A DNA stretch of 64,000 nt, from assembly GCA_965112155.1 (NCBI GenBank), contig OZ218100.1. One strand, written 5' to 3'. This DNA is from Podarcis liolepis. Its lineage: Eukaryota. Under the pieces are notes generated by a model. It searched no databases and had not been told where the DNA came from. It saw nothing but the letters and a program-made list of their open reading frames with translations. The translations under genes and the position numbers were made by a program. This document shows, one piece after another, positions 1-13,262 of the stretch (the stretch's first letter is position 1; every line of letters begins with the position of its first letter).

Positions 1-204
1 AGTGACTGTACCGTGTGCCAGCCCCTCCTCCAACCTGGGGAACTTTGGTTGTCCTATCAGCTAGCCCTTGGGTCTGTGGCTGCTGTAGCTGAATGCCAGG
101 TCAGCTTTGAGTAAAACCTCCCTCATTCATCTGGTCTGTATCACTGAGACCTGGGTGGGTGAGCACCTGTTCCCACCCGGGTACATAGTTCACTGCAATG
201 TTCA

Positions 205-970
205 CTGTTACAACAGATGAATCTCAAGAGACAGGAAAAATATGTCCCTCTTGATTCTTCTCAACCTCTCAGTGGCTTTTGATACCATCAAACATGGTAT
301 CCTTCTGAAGTGGCTGTCCGAGTTGAGGTTGGGTGGCACTGGTCAGTTCCAGAGTGTGATGTTCTTTGACCCTGTGGAGCCTTCAATGTGGGGTTTCTCA
401 AGGTTCAGTTCTATTCCCCATGATGTTTAACATCTACATGAAACCAATAAGTGGGGTCATCTGGAGTGTCATCAGCAATACAATGGTGACACACAGCTCA
501 ACTTCTGCTTTACATGTAGAGGTTTGGCAGTGGATGTGCTGGATCATTGTCTTGCCTTGGTAATAGACTAGATGAGAGCCAATAAACTGAAGCTCAATCC
601 AGATAAGATTGAAGCACTGTTCATGGGTGGTTCCCTAGATTGAATAGATGGGGTTACGGTCCATCTGAAGGTGTGAGTATGTAGTTTGTGGGTACTGCTG
701 GATCTTTTGATGTTGCTTGAGCTTCAGCTGGTGGTCCAGCTGCAGCCCATGATCTGGACAGGGATAGCCTAACTCAGGCTTCCTCAATGTCGGCCCTCCA
801 GATGTTTTTGGCCTCCAACACCCATGATCCCTAGCTAGCAGGACCAGTGGTCAGGGATGATGGGAACTGTAGTCTCAAAACATCTGGAGGGCTGAGGTTA
901 AGGAAGCCTGGCCTAACTTACGTTGCAATGCTCTGTTAACACTTCAACCATTGTTAAGCTAGACTACTTT
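205..970 (+). mobile_element. Degraded L2-clade LINE reverse-transcriptase fragment, interrupted by a MITE
   Basis: SLLILLNLSVAFDTIKHGILL, CGVSQGSVLFPMMFNIYMKP and RANKLKLNPDK motifs across frameshifts. Confidence 0.85.
775..910. mobile_element. hAT-type MITE (URR1-like), nested in the L2 fragment
   Basis: Terminal inverted repeats (TIRs) CAGGCTTCCTCAA / TTAAGGAAGCCTG; perfect 8-bp target-site duplication (TSD) GCCTAACT at 767-774 and 911-918. Confidence 0.9.
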
Positions 971-2418
971 ATTTTGAGGGAAAACTCCACTGATTTTCCC
1001 CAATTGAGTCTCACTTTTTTTAATAAGAAGAATAAAAAATCCCCAGCATTCATGTGTGTGTTTTTTATCAACATGCACTATAAACTTGATTCACGTATCT
1101 TTTATCTTGCACATTCCTTGTTATTACATTAGTGTGCTCATGAACTGGCTTTAAATCCTGTAAGCAGAGTGAATTTGGCAAGCCTCACAGTTTCCTTTAC
1201 CTTCCCACTGTGAGGAAAATGGTTGAGGGAAGCAGAATAGTGCTGGGGACAATTGATTTTATTTGGTATGAGCTTATCTACATGACATAGTGCTCTTTAA
1301 AAAGAGAAGCAGGGGAACTGAACCAGGAAGGGAAACATTGTGCTTAATGTGTCTCTGAGCTGGGGTTCATTAAGGCGCTCTGAGCAGAGGAGAATGTGTT
1401 TTCTGCTTCTTCTCTCTCCCCGCCCCAACTTGAGATGCGAGTTATGCCATGATATGAATCGGCAGAGGAAATAATCTCTTTGCTAGGCTAAATCAATATA
1501 CGAGAGCTTACAAATAGATTTTTATTTTATTTTCATTGATTTTCTTATTTTTGCAAATGGACAATTCCATGGGCCTTATTACTGGGTAGCCCTTTACTAC
1601 ATCTCCTCTATATATTACTGTTCCCCTTGAAGAGCTAAGGGCTGCTTTAAACTCAAGGCTCTGAGGGAGCCAGTTCATTCATTTGAAGAAGAAAAAAATC
1701 AAAGTGTTGTATCCAAGCAAATCATTCCATTTGTGCAAGGACTGCTGCTTGCAAAATGCAAGTTTCCCTTCCTCTACCATCCCATGCACACCCATGCTTT
1801 CTGTTCTGGGCTTTCCCCAACCCTTTGGGACAGATTTGGGAAGGTTTGCGAGAAGCAAGTTCTGTTGTGCAAGCAGAAATCTTTGAGCTAACAGGATAAC
1901 TTTGTTTGACACAACCCAAAGGGTTCCATTCAACTAAGGCATAGGCCAACTGAAATGAATAGTCTGATTTCAGTGACTGATTTAGCTAGATTCAACCCAA
2001 ATAGCATGGATTTTCCCACTTCAGTCTGCTGGTGTATCAGGGGAGCAGGTTGCAGAACAAGAAAACAAGCAGTTTTCCTCCCTGACATGGTGTATTTCTA
2101 GGGTTAGGGCAATGCTTACATAGACAAAACACAACACCTACACACCTGTAGCCAAAGCAATTGAAATGTACCATGGCTGTTGATACTGGGCATGAGATTG
2201 GCAGATAATCTAACCCAAAGCCACACAATGAGCTTCATGGATCATTAGAGAATGGCAACTGAGCCATCCCAATCCAAGTTGAACAATCGATCCATTAAAC
2301 TTGCCAGTGGTTAGCAATAGACAAACCATTGAAACAAATAACCCCTGGGAAATCAGGAATGGGATAGAAACCTCCAGTTCCTTTTCCTCCAACCCTGTTA
2401 GGTTTATCTGCCCCCTCC

Positions 2419-2763
2419 CAGTGACAGAGTTAGCTGTCTGGGCCCCCAGGAGTGGTGGACATGCTGTGCACCCGGGGAGGGGGGCAATCCACTGCGTGAG
2501 GGGTGGGGCAGGGCGATCTGGCACATGCTATGGTGTGCCAATCCACCACACACAGCTACAGCGGTAGGGCGATCTGGCACACACTATGGTGGGCCAATCC
2601 ACTGTGTGGCAGCGGCATGGCGATCTGCCACATGACGCGGTGGCTCTAGCCGCTGCACAAGGGGGCAGTGGGGCAGGCCCCCTGCAGTGTGCCTTTTTAT
2701 CACCCCCCTCAGAGATGACACCCAGGACAGCCCACCCCCACCGCCCCCCTTCCTACGCCCCTG
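2419..2763. mobile_element. GC-rich hAT-type MITE with an internal ~55-bp tandem repeat
   Basis: 8-bp TSD CCCCCTCC (2411-2418, 2764-2771); imperfect TIRs CAGTGACAGAG / CTACGCCCCTG; related to the copies at 17087 and 19274. Confidence 0.75.
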
Positions 2764-4029
2764 CCCCCTCCCATGAGTCTTTAGGGAGCCTGCTGTGAAT
2801 GTTTAATCTTTTTTGGGAAGAGCAGCCTCTAAAAAAATGAAGGCAAGAATTGCATAACAAGGAACAAAACGTAAAATGATGGATCCACATTTCATATAAT
2901 CAAAAGTACAACTGTCTGTAACCATGGTGGTTCACCAATGGGATGTATAGATTCTGCCCAGGTCCCCACAAAGGAATACAACTTGCATATGCTTCCCTGG
3001 GCATGTGAATAGTTCACTATACAACCTGGCATGTTAACAAGGCTTGGTTTGCTTCACTGAATACGTAAGCAGCATTACTGCTTTTATGTTGCCCAATATT
3101 CCCCATAGAACTTATAGCAAATTATATCTAGCAGCAGGCAATTACATTTTGACTAAACTTTCAGCCCAGAAATTAAGACAACAGTATAATTAACTCCATC
3201 TTAAGAATTGCAGCATGGAAATCTAGTTTTGCTGTACAGTTCCTTAATTTGGGTGTTTGTCTGGGTGGGCTGATGCATTTTTCAGCCCAGGCAAAGGATG
3301 GGGGGGTGAAATGGGACAAGGCAAAGGAGTGCTCAATGCATTGCTGTGGTAGCTGTGATTTCGCATGTGTGAACTGCAGCACATATTCACCTCAACAGAG
3401 ATCCATCAACACACTCCTGTACCTCTTGGGTTCTTCTCACTTTCTGACTGAAAACAGTTTAGGGAAGCTTGAGCCCTTTGACAATATTGATACCAGCCAT
3501 TCCCAATCCCTGCCAAGCCATATGGAATTCCAGGGGTCTTGGTCCTCAACCAGGGTCTGTGCTCCTTTGGAAAATTGAAAATGCAGTGGATGTGGCTGCA
3601 GCTTTAAGGAATATGATTTCATCACATATTTGCACCTGGGTTAGGATGGAGGGAGTCCAGATCTTACAGCAAGAGGGGCTTGTTCCCCACAACAGTGCAG
3701 CGCTGGAGTCCAAGGCATCTCTTGCAGCCTGCCCAAGATGGAGCTCTCACTTTGTTCTCTCCCTTCCTCTTCTTCCCAGCACCCTCAAACCTATAACAAT
3801 ATAAAGAGCTATCACTAGAATCCAGAAATGAAGGGATATGTATTTTGCTGCCCCATATAAACTAACAATAAATATTGTCATGATCATGGACTTGCATCCC
3901 TTAGTTTTGTGAGTCTGTGAAAGCTTTTTCTTCAGTAGTTGTATGAACACAAGGTAGGAGGACGCAGCTGGGCTTGACATCAGTGGTGGTGGTGAACCTT
4001 TGGTCCTCCACATGTTGTTGGACTTCAAT

Positions 4030-4200
4030 AGCACTGACATAAGACCATAATAGACCACTGGCCTGCTGCATCATGCCAGTGCCCCTCTAGTCCAGTATCC
4101 TGCTCTCATGGTGCTACCCAGATGCCTATGGGAAGCCTGCAAGCCGGACATGAGCACCACAGCATTCCGTCCACCTGTGATTCCCAGATAGTCAGAGGCA
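4030..4200 (-). mobile_element. CR1 LINE 3'-end fragment
   Basis: Reverse-complement similarity to the CR1 tail at 7190-7460; further fragments at about 30350-30460 and 38257-38350. Confidence 0.65.
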
Positions 4201-6055
4201 GTCTTCCCAGTTGCTGTTGATGCTGTTTCCACTATTATAACCATCCAGAGGCCAGCAAGAGGGAAGTGAGCAGTTGGGCAGGCTCCATGACCCATTGACA
4301 GGATTCTGGGTATGTTTTAGATTCTCAGTGATGTCATCTGGAGTTCAATAGAAACTGAGCTGGGCCTGGAATAAAATTTCATTGAGGAAAATTCCTCTAT
4401 TTGCCAAGCACAAAACTGAATCGAGGGGGGGGGTGTATGTGTTTTTTCATGTTCATCCATGTTTAATCAAACTCTTCCCTCACATTAAAGGTGGATGCGG
4501 AAGTTTTTTAAAGGCTCCGGTGAAAGCAATGGTTGCTAGCTTTAATTTGTCGATTTTCCCGCACAGTGTAAATTATTCAGAGCAATGTTCTCCCAATACA
4601 CTTCTAAGCAAATATCCATTTTGACATTGCATCTAACCATCCACATTTGTCAGGCTTCTCTCCATTCTTAACTTAAGGTTTGAAATCTGTAAATCAAACT
4701 ACCTTTCCTAGTAGGGCAATGTTCCATTCCTTGAGGCTCCCAACAAAGAATTAGGAAAAGGTGAGGATTTGTAAAGTGAAATTGAATGTGTTCTACTTTA
4801 ATTGACTCCCCCTTTGCCTTAAAACGCAATTATTTGTTCTCCTAAGTATCTCAGCATGGCGCAGTGGAAAATAGTTTGACATTTCTGTGCTTCTCGGGGC
4901 TGTCCCTTAATTGTTTTAATTACTCCTTAATCCCCATAATGTCACTAACTGGCATGTGCTCCCCACGGCTCCAAAACTTCACAGGCCTTGAAATCTTGAA
5001 TCTGGAAGAAGAATAGGGGTTTGGAACATAGAGGTTTTGTGGCATTTATTTGATGTTCCTAAGTGGATAGGTAGGTATAAATGAACTTTAGGCAGATTAC
5101 AGGTACGGATGAATTCTGTTCTTCTAGCTTCAGCTTTATGATTTGAGTACACAGCAAAAATTAGAAGACACTGGCACACTTGAACCAGAGACTCTGTTCT
5201 CTCGCTTTTCTTCTTCCTAGAAAAGTTTGACTCCTGCAGCCCTGGATATCGGAGAGCATGCTGAAGTGAAAAACAAACATCCCCCCCATCCATGCACATG
5301 GGAAGATACTTTATACCAAGTCAAGGCTGAAAGTGGCTCTTCAAGGACTCTGGCAAAGGTCTTTCTTCAGTTCTGCTACCCAAGATCCTTTAACTGAAGA
5401 GGCCAAGATCGAACTTGGCACTTTCTGCATGCAGCACATGCACCGACACTGAAGCATGAGTTCTTTCTAACCTCCTTTGGGCTACTTTTTTTTTACGGGT
5501 GACAATTATCCATTATGGAATTTCTTCTCTCCCCTCCTTTAAATTCAACATCATTTTATATGTCAGTACTTTATTGGGCGGGTTTCATTTGTTGAGTTTT
5601 AAGACCAAGGGGGAAAACCAGAATGATTCTGTCAAGCACCAAGACTGAGGAGATTGTCAGCCAAAGGCAGAACGCAAAAGTGTGAAATTAATCACATGTA
5701 AGTAAAGCATAACAGCATGTGATGGAATGTAACTAATTACCACAGTTCAGATGGGCAGAGGCTAGTTCTGTCTCAGTTATTCTGGTTCTTTCTTCTTCTT
5801 CAATGCTTGCCTCCCTCCCTCCCAAAAAAGCTTCAATGCTTTGAGGTGATTAGAAGCCCATCCGATCCCAGTGCCCTAGTGGGTCACCAGCAAGACAAAG
5901 AGAAGAGTCCCACCCCCACCCCCTCACACACCTACCACAGGGTCCAGATCAGTTGGTGTGGAAAGAAGCTCTTCAACAAATGACCAAGCTGATTGCACCA
6001 TTAAAGTTGTTTTTCCTCCCCCCAGATTACCTAAAAGTGAGGCATTCTTCTTGTA

Positions 6056-6297
6056 CAGTGGCACCTCGGGTTAAGTACTTAATTCGTTCCGGAGGTCCGT
6101 TCTTAACCTGAAACTGTTCTTAACCTGAAGCACCACTTTAGCTAATGGGGCCTCCTGCTGCTGCCACGCTGCCAGAGCACGATTTCTGTTCTCATCCTGA
6201 AGCAAAATTCTTAACCCGAGGTAATATTTCTGGGTTAGCGGAGTCTGTAACCTGAAGTGTATGTAACCTGAAGCGTATGTAACCCGAGGTACCACTG
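6056..6297. mobile_element. Tc1/mariner (Tigger-like) MITE
   Basis: TIRs CAGTGGCACCTCGGGTTA / TAACCCGAGGTACCACTG, flanked by TA on both sides. Confidence 0.92.
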
Positions 6298-7189
6298 TAT
6301 TTTCATTACTTCAGAGGGTAATAAGGAGGGGCACTTGATTAATATTGCAGCTTACATATACAAGGCAGAGTGCACAGAAAAGAGAGATCTGCCTCTGCCT
6401 GTAATGCAAAGTATATTTTTCATCAAATAAAAGAAGTCCACATAATCAACCTGCTGCATTCCACTCTGCCTCATCTTGGGAGCCATTAGAGGCACAGAGC
6501 AAAAGGGCTGGTGCATTCATGGGGTTTGCAAAGCAACCATTTGTACAGACTGTTTGCAGGCTCCCTGGAGCTTTTGTTTTCAGTAATTGAATCCTGGCAA
6601 GTAACCAAAACCATATAATTCCCAACCCCCAGAGTCACGCAGTAGATCAGCCAAGGAAATAGGAGCCGGAGTGTTGCGATTAATAAGATCACCCTTGCCC
6701 TTTGCCTCCTTTGTGCGACCTCAGAAGAGTCACTCAAACCGTTCCTGGCATTTCTAAAATTAATATAATTGCTTCATTTCCTCACAGGTTGTTGTTGTGG
6801 CAAGGACCAATTAGCCATAGTACATTTGAGGCTATGGCAAACTCCTCTCTGTTTTGATTTTTGATGCTTTAATAAATTGACACTGATACTCTTCCAGGCA
6901 TGATTAGCAATCCTGCAGCTGTATAAAGAGATGGTTATTGTAGTGAATTGCCATACATTTCTTAATTGGTGTGGGGGGGTGGATCTTACAAATATTAGAA
7001 TGCTATTTTTTTTTCATCATAGGAATAAATACTGGAACTCACAAAACCCAAAGGTAAAAGCTCCCCAGTATCCCAACTGTATGTGATCATCAGTAGAACA
7101 GGACAGGCTATGGACTGTGTTGGGGGTAGGTAGGCAAAAATTGGATGAGCCCCCTTGTGTGAGTGGAAGCACTTTATGCTCCTTGGGTG

Positions 7190-7460
7190 CCTTTAAAAGA
7201 GGATTGGACAAATTCATGGAGGAGAAAGCTACCAGTAGCTACTAGACATGATAATTATGCTCTGCCTCCATGGCCAAGTGCAGCAATACTTCTGAATGTC
7301 AGTTGCTGGAAACCACAGGAAGGAAGAGTGCTCTGGTGCTCGGGTCCTGCTTGCAGGTTTCCCACAGGGATCTGGTTGAGCGCTGTGAGAAGAGGATGGT
7401 GGACTAGATGGTCCATTGGCCTGATCCACCAGGCTGCTCTTACTTTTCAATGTTCCTATG
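7190..7460 (+). mobile_element. CR1 LINE 3' end
   Basis: FKRGLDKFMEEK ORF2 terminus, followed by the typical 3' UTR (TGGACTAGATGG..ATTGGCCTGATCCA..GCTCTT). Confidence 0.8.
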
Positions 7461-10136
7461 CTAGTGCAAGGCCTTGATTGGATACATCCCTAGATATCCA
7501 CCTTTCAGTTGCCACTCATTTAGCATGTGTTGTCAGATGTTCGAGTCCAAAAGCTATAAGGTTGTGTTCAGTAGTGGCCTCTGCAATTACAGACCTCTTC
7601 CTAGTGCATTGCTTTACTCAAAGATGGAAGGCACTGGACTTCTGGACTGGTCATAGCTCAGATATGAAGGATCCTAAAGTGTTTGGTTTTAAAGACTCTG
7701 TCCTGTATCTTCTGTAGCCCACCTGTGCTTCCCAAAGCCCAGGGTATGAGACCTTCTGGAACAGGGGATAATATCTTGCAGAGCAACCCCAGTTCCTGAA
7801 CCACCATGCTCAAGGATGTTAGAATGCAGAAGAGAATTTATATCCACCCAGCTGTGCTCAGCTCCACCAGTGGGGGAAGGAGGCCCCACAAGGCCCCACT
7901 GCACTCACTGAATACATGGAAGAAGCTACTGCCACCATATCCCACACCAGTGGTAGCCATTGTAAACTTCTGAAATGGGGGGGTTGGGGGAGGGGAGGGG
8001 AGGGAGGACCAAGGGTCCACAAGTGGATCCTAAGCCAGTCCACCTACCAGCAACTGGCCAGATCCAGGCCCCCTTGCAGCACCAGCTTGGATTTGGCTAG
8101 TAAAGCAAAAATCAGAAGTTTCCTTTCCCCTCCTTCTCCCATTGCCTTGCTGGTGCAAACATCAGGGCTTTGGATGTGATGGTAGCAGAAAATAGAATCT
8201 AAATATGTCCCCTACATTCTCCCACCCAGAAATAGTGGCCATTGCTCAGTGGCCGGGTACATGGTCCAAAATTCAATCCCTGGCATCTCAGTCTGCAATA
8301 GGAGTGGGAAGACCTCCGGCTGAGAACATTGGAAGACACCATCAAATAAAACAGAAGTTAGATGAACAAATGGTTTCACTCAGCACAGACTGTGCAGTTT
8401 ATGCAAGGTGCAGTCCACTGCACTGCTGCAGTGTCTCTGTGAGAGAGTTGTGCAAATGGTTTCCTTTCATCATGCCATTAGCTTCCAGTGTGAACTGGAT
8501 CCTTTGTATGAGTGTTTGAGCATGCTGAGAGCTGATTTATGAGATTTTCCCCCTGTAACAATGGAGAAACTAGTTTACAATGGAGCCTGAGTGCAAGAGG
8601 GAAGAAGCTTGTATCATTCTCCCATTATTCTGTATCAGCACTCTTCTCAGATAAACTGAAGCATTATCTATTAAACAGAGGATGGAATCCATCTATGCAC
8701 TATATTGAACCTTACAGTCTGCCCTATGTGCAAGAGTTCTTTGCCAACTCAGTGGGCAAGAAATAGCACCATAAAATTACAAGTCTTTTTGTAATGGAAT
8801 GCCACACCCCAACACAGAAGGAATAGGACATCTGGACCGGTCATAGCTAAGAGATCCTTAAACCTACACAGCTATGCAGGAAAACTACACATACAGTTAT
8901 TGTTCCTATTTATCTAATCATTCCAATAGTCTAATACTGTGTGGACATCCAAGTCAGTTGGCTAAGTGATACTGTACCACATTTGCTTAGCAATAAAATT
9001 AATACATGCTTTGAGGGATGCTCACCAAATCACCACAGCCTTCCACACCTGCAAATGTTGAGAAAAGCAAGAAGGCTTACCAACTTTTAAGATGCTGGAT
9101 TTTGCATTTGACTTCAAATTCATCCAGAGACCTATGGATCCAGAGATATAAACACATCACACCTCTTGCTTTTTATTAAGCTGAGTGATATTCTTATTAT
9201 GTATTCCAGTTATCAAACTGCACTTTGGCTAACATTGGGTTCTGGGGTTTCATGCCTCTGAGAGCTCCATAAATCATACAAACCCTTCTGCTGATGAGCT
9301 AGTGTTCTTTTCCACCCAATTGTTTTAAAGGGTCTACTTATTGCTAATTCTAGTTATTCCATTACATGCAGAATTAGAGACGGAGGGTTCGTGTTTCAAG
9401 GGATGCTCAGTGTTGCTTTTTGGCACCCACAGTGATAATTTGCCATTGGAAAAAGATTACAGAATGGAGTAGTTATCTATCATTCAGGTTTATGCAGGAA
9501 CAAATTATCAGAGAATGAGAGATGGATGGGGAAGGAGACTGGGAAATTTTTAGGGGGCATTTAGAAATACTAACTGGAACACAAATTAAAGCTAAGCCTT
9601 GAAGTTCTAACATGACCATTTATCCCTGATCCAATTCGTCTCAACACTCTCCCTACTCACATAGCTCATATTGAGCTCATGAGGTTTTTTTCTTCTTCCA
9701 GTGAGGCTAATTGAAGAGGCAGGTAATTATCCAAAGTGGAACAACCTGGACATGGTCAGATGAATGCCTATAGAGTTTTGATCCAAGCATTTTCTTGATC
9801 AGATCGTTGCCGAGGGTCTGAATTGCCACATGAGAGACATCCTATGGTTTGTGTCTCCATCCTGCTGTGATAAATGTATTCTCTCATGTAACAATTTTAT
9901 CCAAAGGTATCAAGGGAAGCTGGCAAACTTACCATTTGATTTCACGTGTTCCAGAACTATGAAAAGTAGAGGCCTCTCATGAATGCAGCAGCAGCAGCAG
10001 CAGAGGCTGACTATTTGCATTCCATATTAATCCCCAGTACTCTCTTTGGCCAGCATGGCAAGAATTACCTTTATCCTGAGCAGCCCCATCTGAACAAATA
10101 AGACTCATCTGAAGAAAAAGATAGATTAATAATAGC

Positions 10137-10175
<39 letters not shown>
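10137..10175. repeat. (CTTT)n microsatellite
   Basis: Direct reading. Confidence 0.95.
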
Positions 10176-10640
10176 GGAATTAAATACATTTGTGAGCAAT
10201 GCAAAAGCTTGTTAATAGTCCCCAAAATAGTCCCCTATATCTAAGTAAAAGCTTCTTCTGGACAGGACAATTTGCAGCAACAGAGAAGCAGTGAGTGGGG
10301 AAAGGGTTGTGGATCCATTTACACGTTTCCCATTGCTGCCTCCCAATTCTCTGCCCCAAATTGACATGTCTGAAAGGTGCATTTGATTACAAATAGTGGC
10401 TGATGGAGATCATTACACATCTTTGCATGGAGTATTAAGTGAAGTTCTCAGATAGGTCCCTCTAGGTTACATCTTGCTACACTGCTATAATGTGTGTGTT
10501 TGGCAGAGGTGGACAGATAGATTCAATTTTGTTAATGCTTTCCATCACTTGCATGCCATTCAATCTAAAATTATTACTAGGGTTGTGCATGCCCCTGTCC
10601 CAATCCAATTAAGAGGATGATTAAGTAATTTGGATTGGGC

Positions 10641-10832
10641 CATAGGCGCCAACTCCTAGTGGCCAAGGTCCCTTCATCCCCCCAATAAAATATTTGAGGG
10701 ACTGCCCCCCAAAAAAATAATTGATGGGCATGGCCATTCAAATGGTGTGTGCACACCACATCTTGTAATTGATTATGCAGGGTGGGGCTTGAGTCCCCCA
10801 CCCCCAATATTTTATTCAAGTTGACACCCCTG
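10641..10832. mobile_element. hAT-type MITE
   Basis: TIRs CATAGGCGCCAACT / AGTTGACACCCCTG; degenerate 8-bp TSD GATTGGGC/GACTGGGA. Confidence 0.65.
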
Positions 10833-11236
10833 GACTGGGACCTAATTCAGTTCAGATCGACCCAGATCCAATTCAGACCCTGGATATGAATGACGATATG
10901 GAACTCCAAATCTGTTTTTCACATAAGTGCATTAAATTTGGAGACATGGTAGCCCCTCAAGACGGAATTAATCGTGCCCAATTGCATACAAGTGGATCCA
11001 GGTATTTACATGCTAGCCACTTCTAAATTTTGTTGCTGCTGTTGTAAATACAAATAAAAACCTTCAATTTACTGCTATTGTAAGTGCTCCAGTTTGGGCT
11101 GTTTCATAAAGTTGTAAAAAAATGAAATCAATTGAATGGTGCAGCTGCATCTCCCAGGCAGCTAAGTCAAAGACAGACAGGCATGCCAGACAGGCTAGCA
11201 TCTCCTAAGTGCAGACTTTGATTGTTGCACCAAAAG

Positions 11237-12110
11237 ATGGGAAGGCAGAGGAGCAGTAGGGAACCGAGTCTGAGGAAGACAGTGTTGCCAGACAGGCACA
11301 GAAGTCCCTTTAACAGTGTGGACACTGTGCTTGTGTGAGACACGGAAGTCTCCTGAGTTCAAAGTTGAAGAACTGCACTGAAAAGCAGTTAGGTGGGGTG
11401 GGGTGCAGCTACTGTGTACAATTTGAGGAACTGCTATGATCTAAAAGGTATGGTCAGTGAGTGGACTGGACAATTGCTGCCAAAACCAAGAGCATCCCTG
11501 TTAAGGGAGACTTTCTTCAGTGGAAAGGTCCTTGGGCACACCGATGAAGTCATACCCTCCTTGACTGCATTGTTCTCCGATGATCATCAGTAAGAGCATC
11601 CCTTAAGAGCTCAGGAACCAGTGTATCATATCCAAAGATTCTTGGCAGTGTTGCATGTGGAGAAGTCAAGTCAGCCTTTGAAGACACCTGCAACAAAGGC
11701 TGCATGAATGAAATAAGTCAGTGAAGGTTTATGACAGAGGTTTCACCAGAGAATCAGGACAAGCCTTTTAATGTGGAAACAGCCTGGAGATTTTGAAGAA
11801 GGTTGACCATCCCTGCCTAATCAAGATAAAAAGACTTCTTTGAAGAAAAAGAAGACTTTACATTCTCTTGGAATTTATGGAAGGCAAGAAGCTTGTTTGG
11901 CAAGGATCTGTGCCCATCAAGATTAAACGAAGTGACCTCCATGTTTTATTTCTATCAGATACGGTTGGCTATGCAATACCTTTATGAACTTGGCATTATT
12001 CACCGGAACTTGGAGCTGGCACATCATGACATGACAAAGCGTCCAGCCCTGCTGCTTCACAGAAACTGGTCCCAGGCAGTCAGAAAAGGCAAAAGCACAG
12101 AATCCATATG
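11237..12110 (+). pseudogene. Intronless, decayed CHEK2/Chk2-like kinase pseudogene (clear core 11579-12020)
   Basis: Frame-hopping translation: ELRNQCIISK/ILGSVACGEVKSAFEDTCNK...PFNVETA/LEILKKVDHPCLIKIKDFFEEKEDF/YILLEFMEG/LFGK...RLNEVTSMFYFYQIRLAMQYLYELGIIHRNL. This parallels CHEK2 TLGSGACGEVKLAFE...[24 protein letters not shown]...[22 protein letters not shown]. About 5 frameshifts and 2 stops, no introns; outer limits uncertain. Confidence 0.88.
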
Positions 12111-12682
12111 ACATTGCTGAAATAGCAAGGAGAGTTGAGCCATCACACTGAAATGCAGCAGAGGTGGTGGCAGAAGTGGCAGCAAGCCAGAAAGAGAAAG
12201 TATATGTGCGTGTTTATATATACTGACTGTGTATATTGTATATGCAATATTACACTGTAATGTGTGCTGCTAAGAATGGACTGTGTCCAGTGTACTGGAC
12301 TGTGTACAATGTACTCACAAGTCTAACTGAAACAAAAATGATAAGCAACTAATAAAGACAACCACAGAAAACAGGACACAGCAGTATACCTATTTCCCCC
12401 CTCCACAAGCACATTCTTCCTTGCAAGCACTGTGGTTGCACAGTGTTGGGTGAGACCCTCAATGATTGAAGTCAAGCTCTTCTCCTCCCTCCTGGAATTT
12501 TCCTTAAATGGTGTTGTTTTCATGTTTTGCTACAATCTGGAGTCTGGCTTCTTTTGAGAGTATTTTGAGTTCCAGATTGCTCTGGATCAACTCAGGGCAA
12601 CCCCGTCTGGATTTTGCATGAATTGTCTAAATTTAGTTTAGGAAACAAGATTTGACCAAATTGATTTGCACAACCCTAATAA

Positions 12683-13040
12683 GGGACGTGGGTGGCGCTG
12701 TGGGTAAAACCTCAGTGCCTAGGACTTGCTGCTCGTATGGTCGGCGGTTTGAATCCCCGCGGCGGGGTGAGCTCCCGTCGTTCGGTCCCAGCTCACCTAG
12801 CAATTCAAAAGCACTCCTAAGTGCAAATAGATAAATAGGGACCGCTTTATAGCGGGAAGGTAAACGGCGTTTCCGTGTGCTGCGCTAGTGCTGGCTCGCC
12901 AGAGCAGCTTCGTCACGCTGGCCATGTGACCGGGAAGTGTCTTCGGACGGCGCCGGCTCCTGGCCTCTTAAGCGAGATGAGCGCGCAACCCTAGAGTCGG
13001 ACATGACTGGCCTGTATGGGCAGGGGTACCTTTACCTTTA
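12683..13040 (+). mobile_element. Sauria-type SINE, near full length
   Basis: tRNA-like head with A/B boxes (TGGCGCTGTGG; GGTTTGAATCC), RTE/BovB-like tail ending ACCTTTACCTTTA, TSD TAATAA, CpG-rich (young). Confidence 0.92.
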
Positions 13041-13223
13041 ATAATTACTAAACAAATATTAAGCTAGGTAATGATAACAGCAGAAACAAAAGCAGCCTGC
13101 AGCAACACAAGAAAGAAGAAAGGAAAGGAAACATCTGCTTGCACCCATCTATTCCATTCTCTATATAACAATATATTGGTTGTAAATTGCTTTGAGTTGC
13201 CTTTGGCAAGAAAAAGTAACATT

Positions 13224-13224
<1 letters not shown>

Positions 13225-13262
<38 letters not shown>
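13225..13262. repeat. (TAA)n microsatellite
   Basis: Direct reading. Confidence 0.95.
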
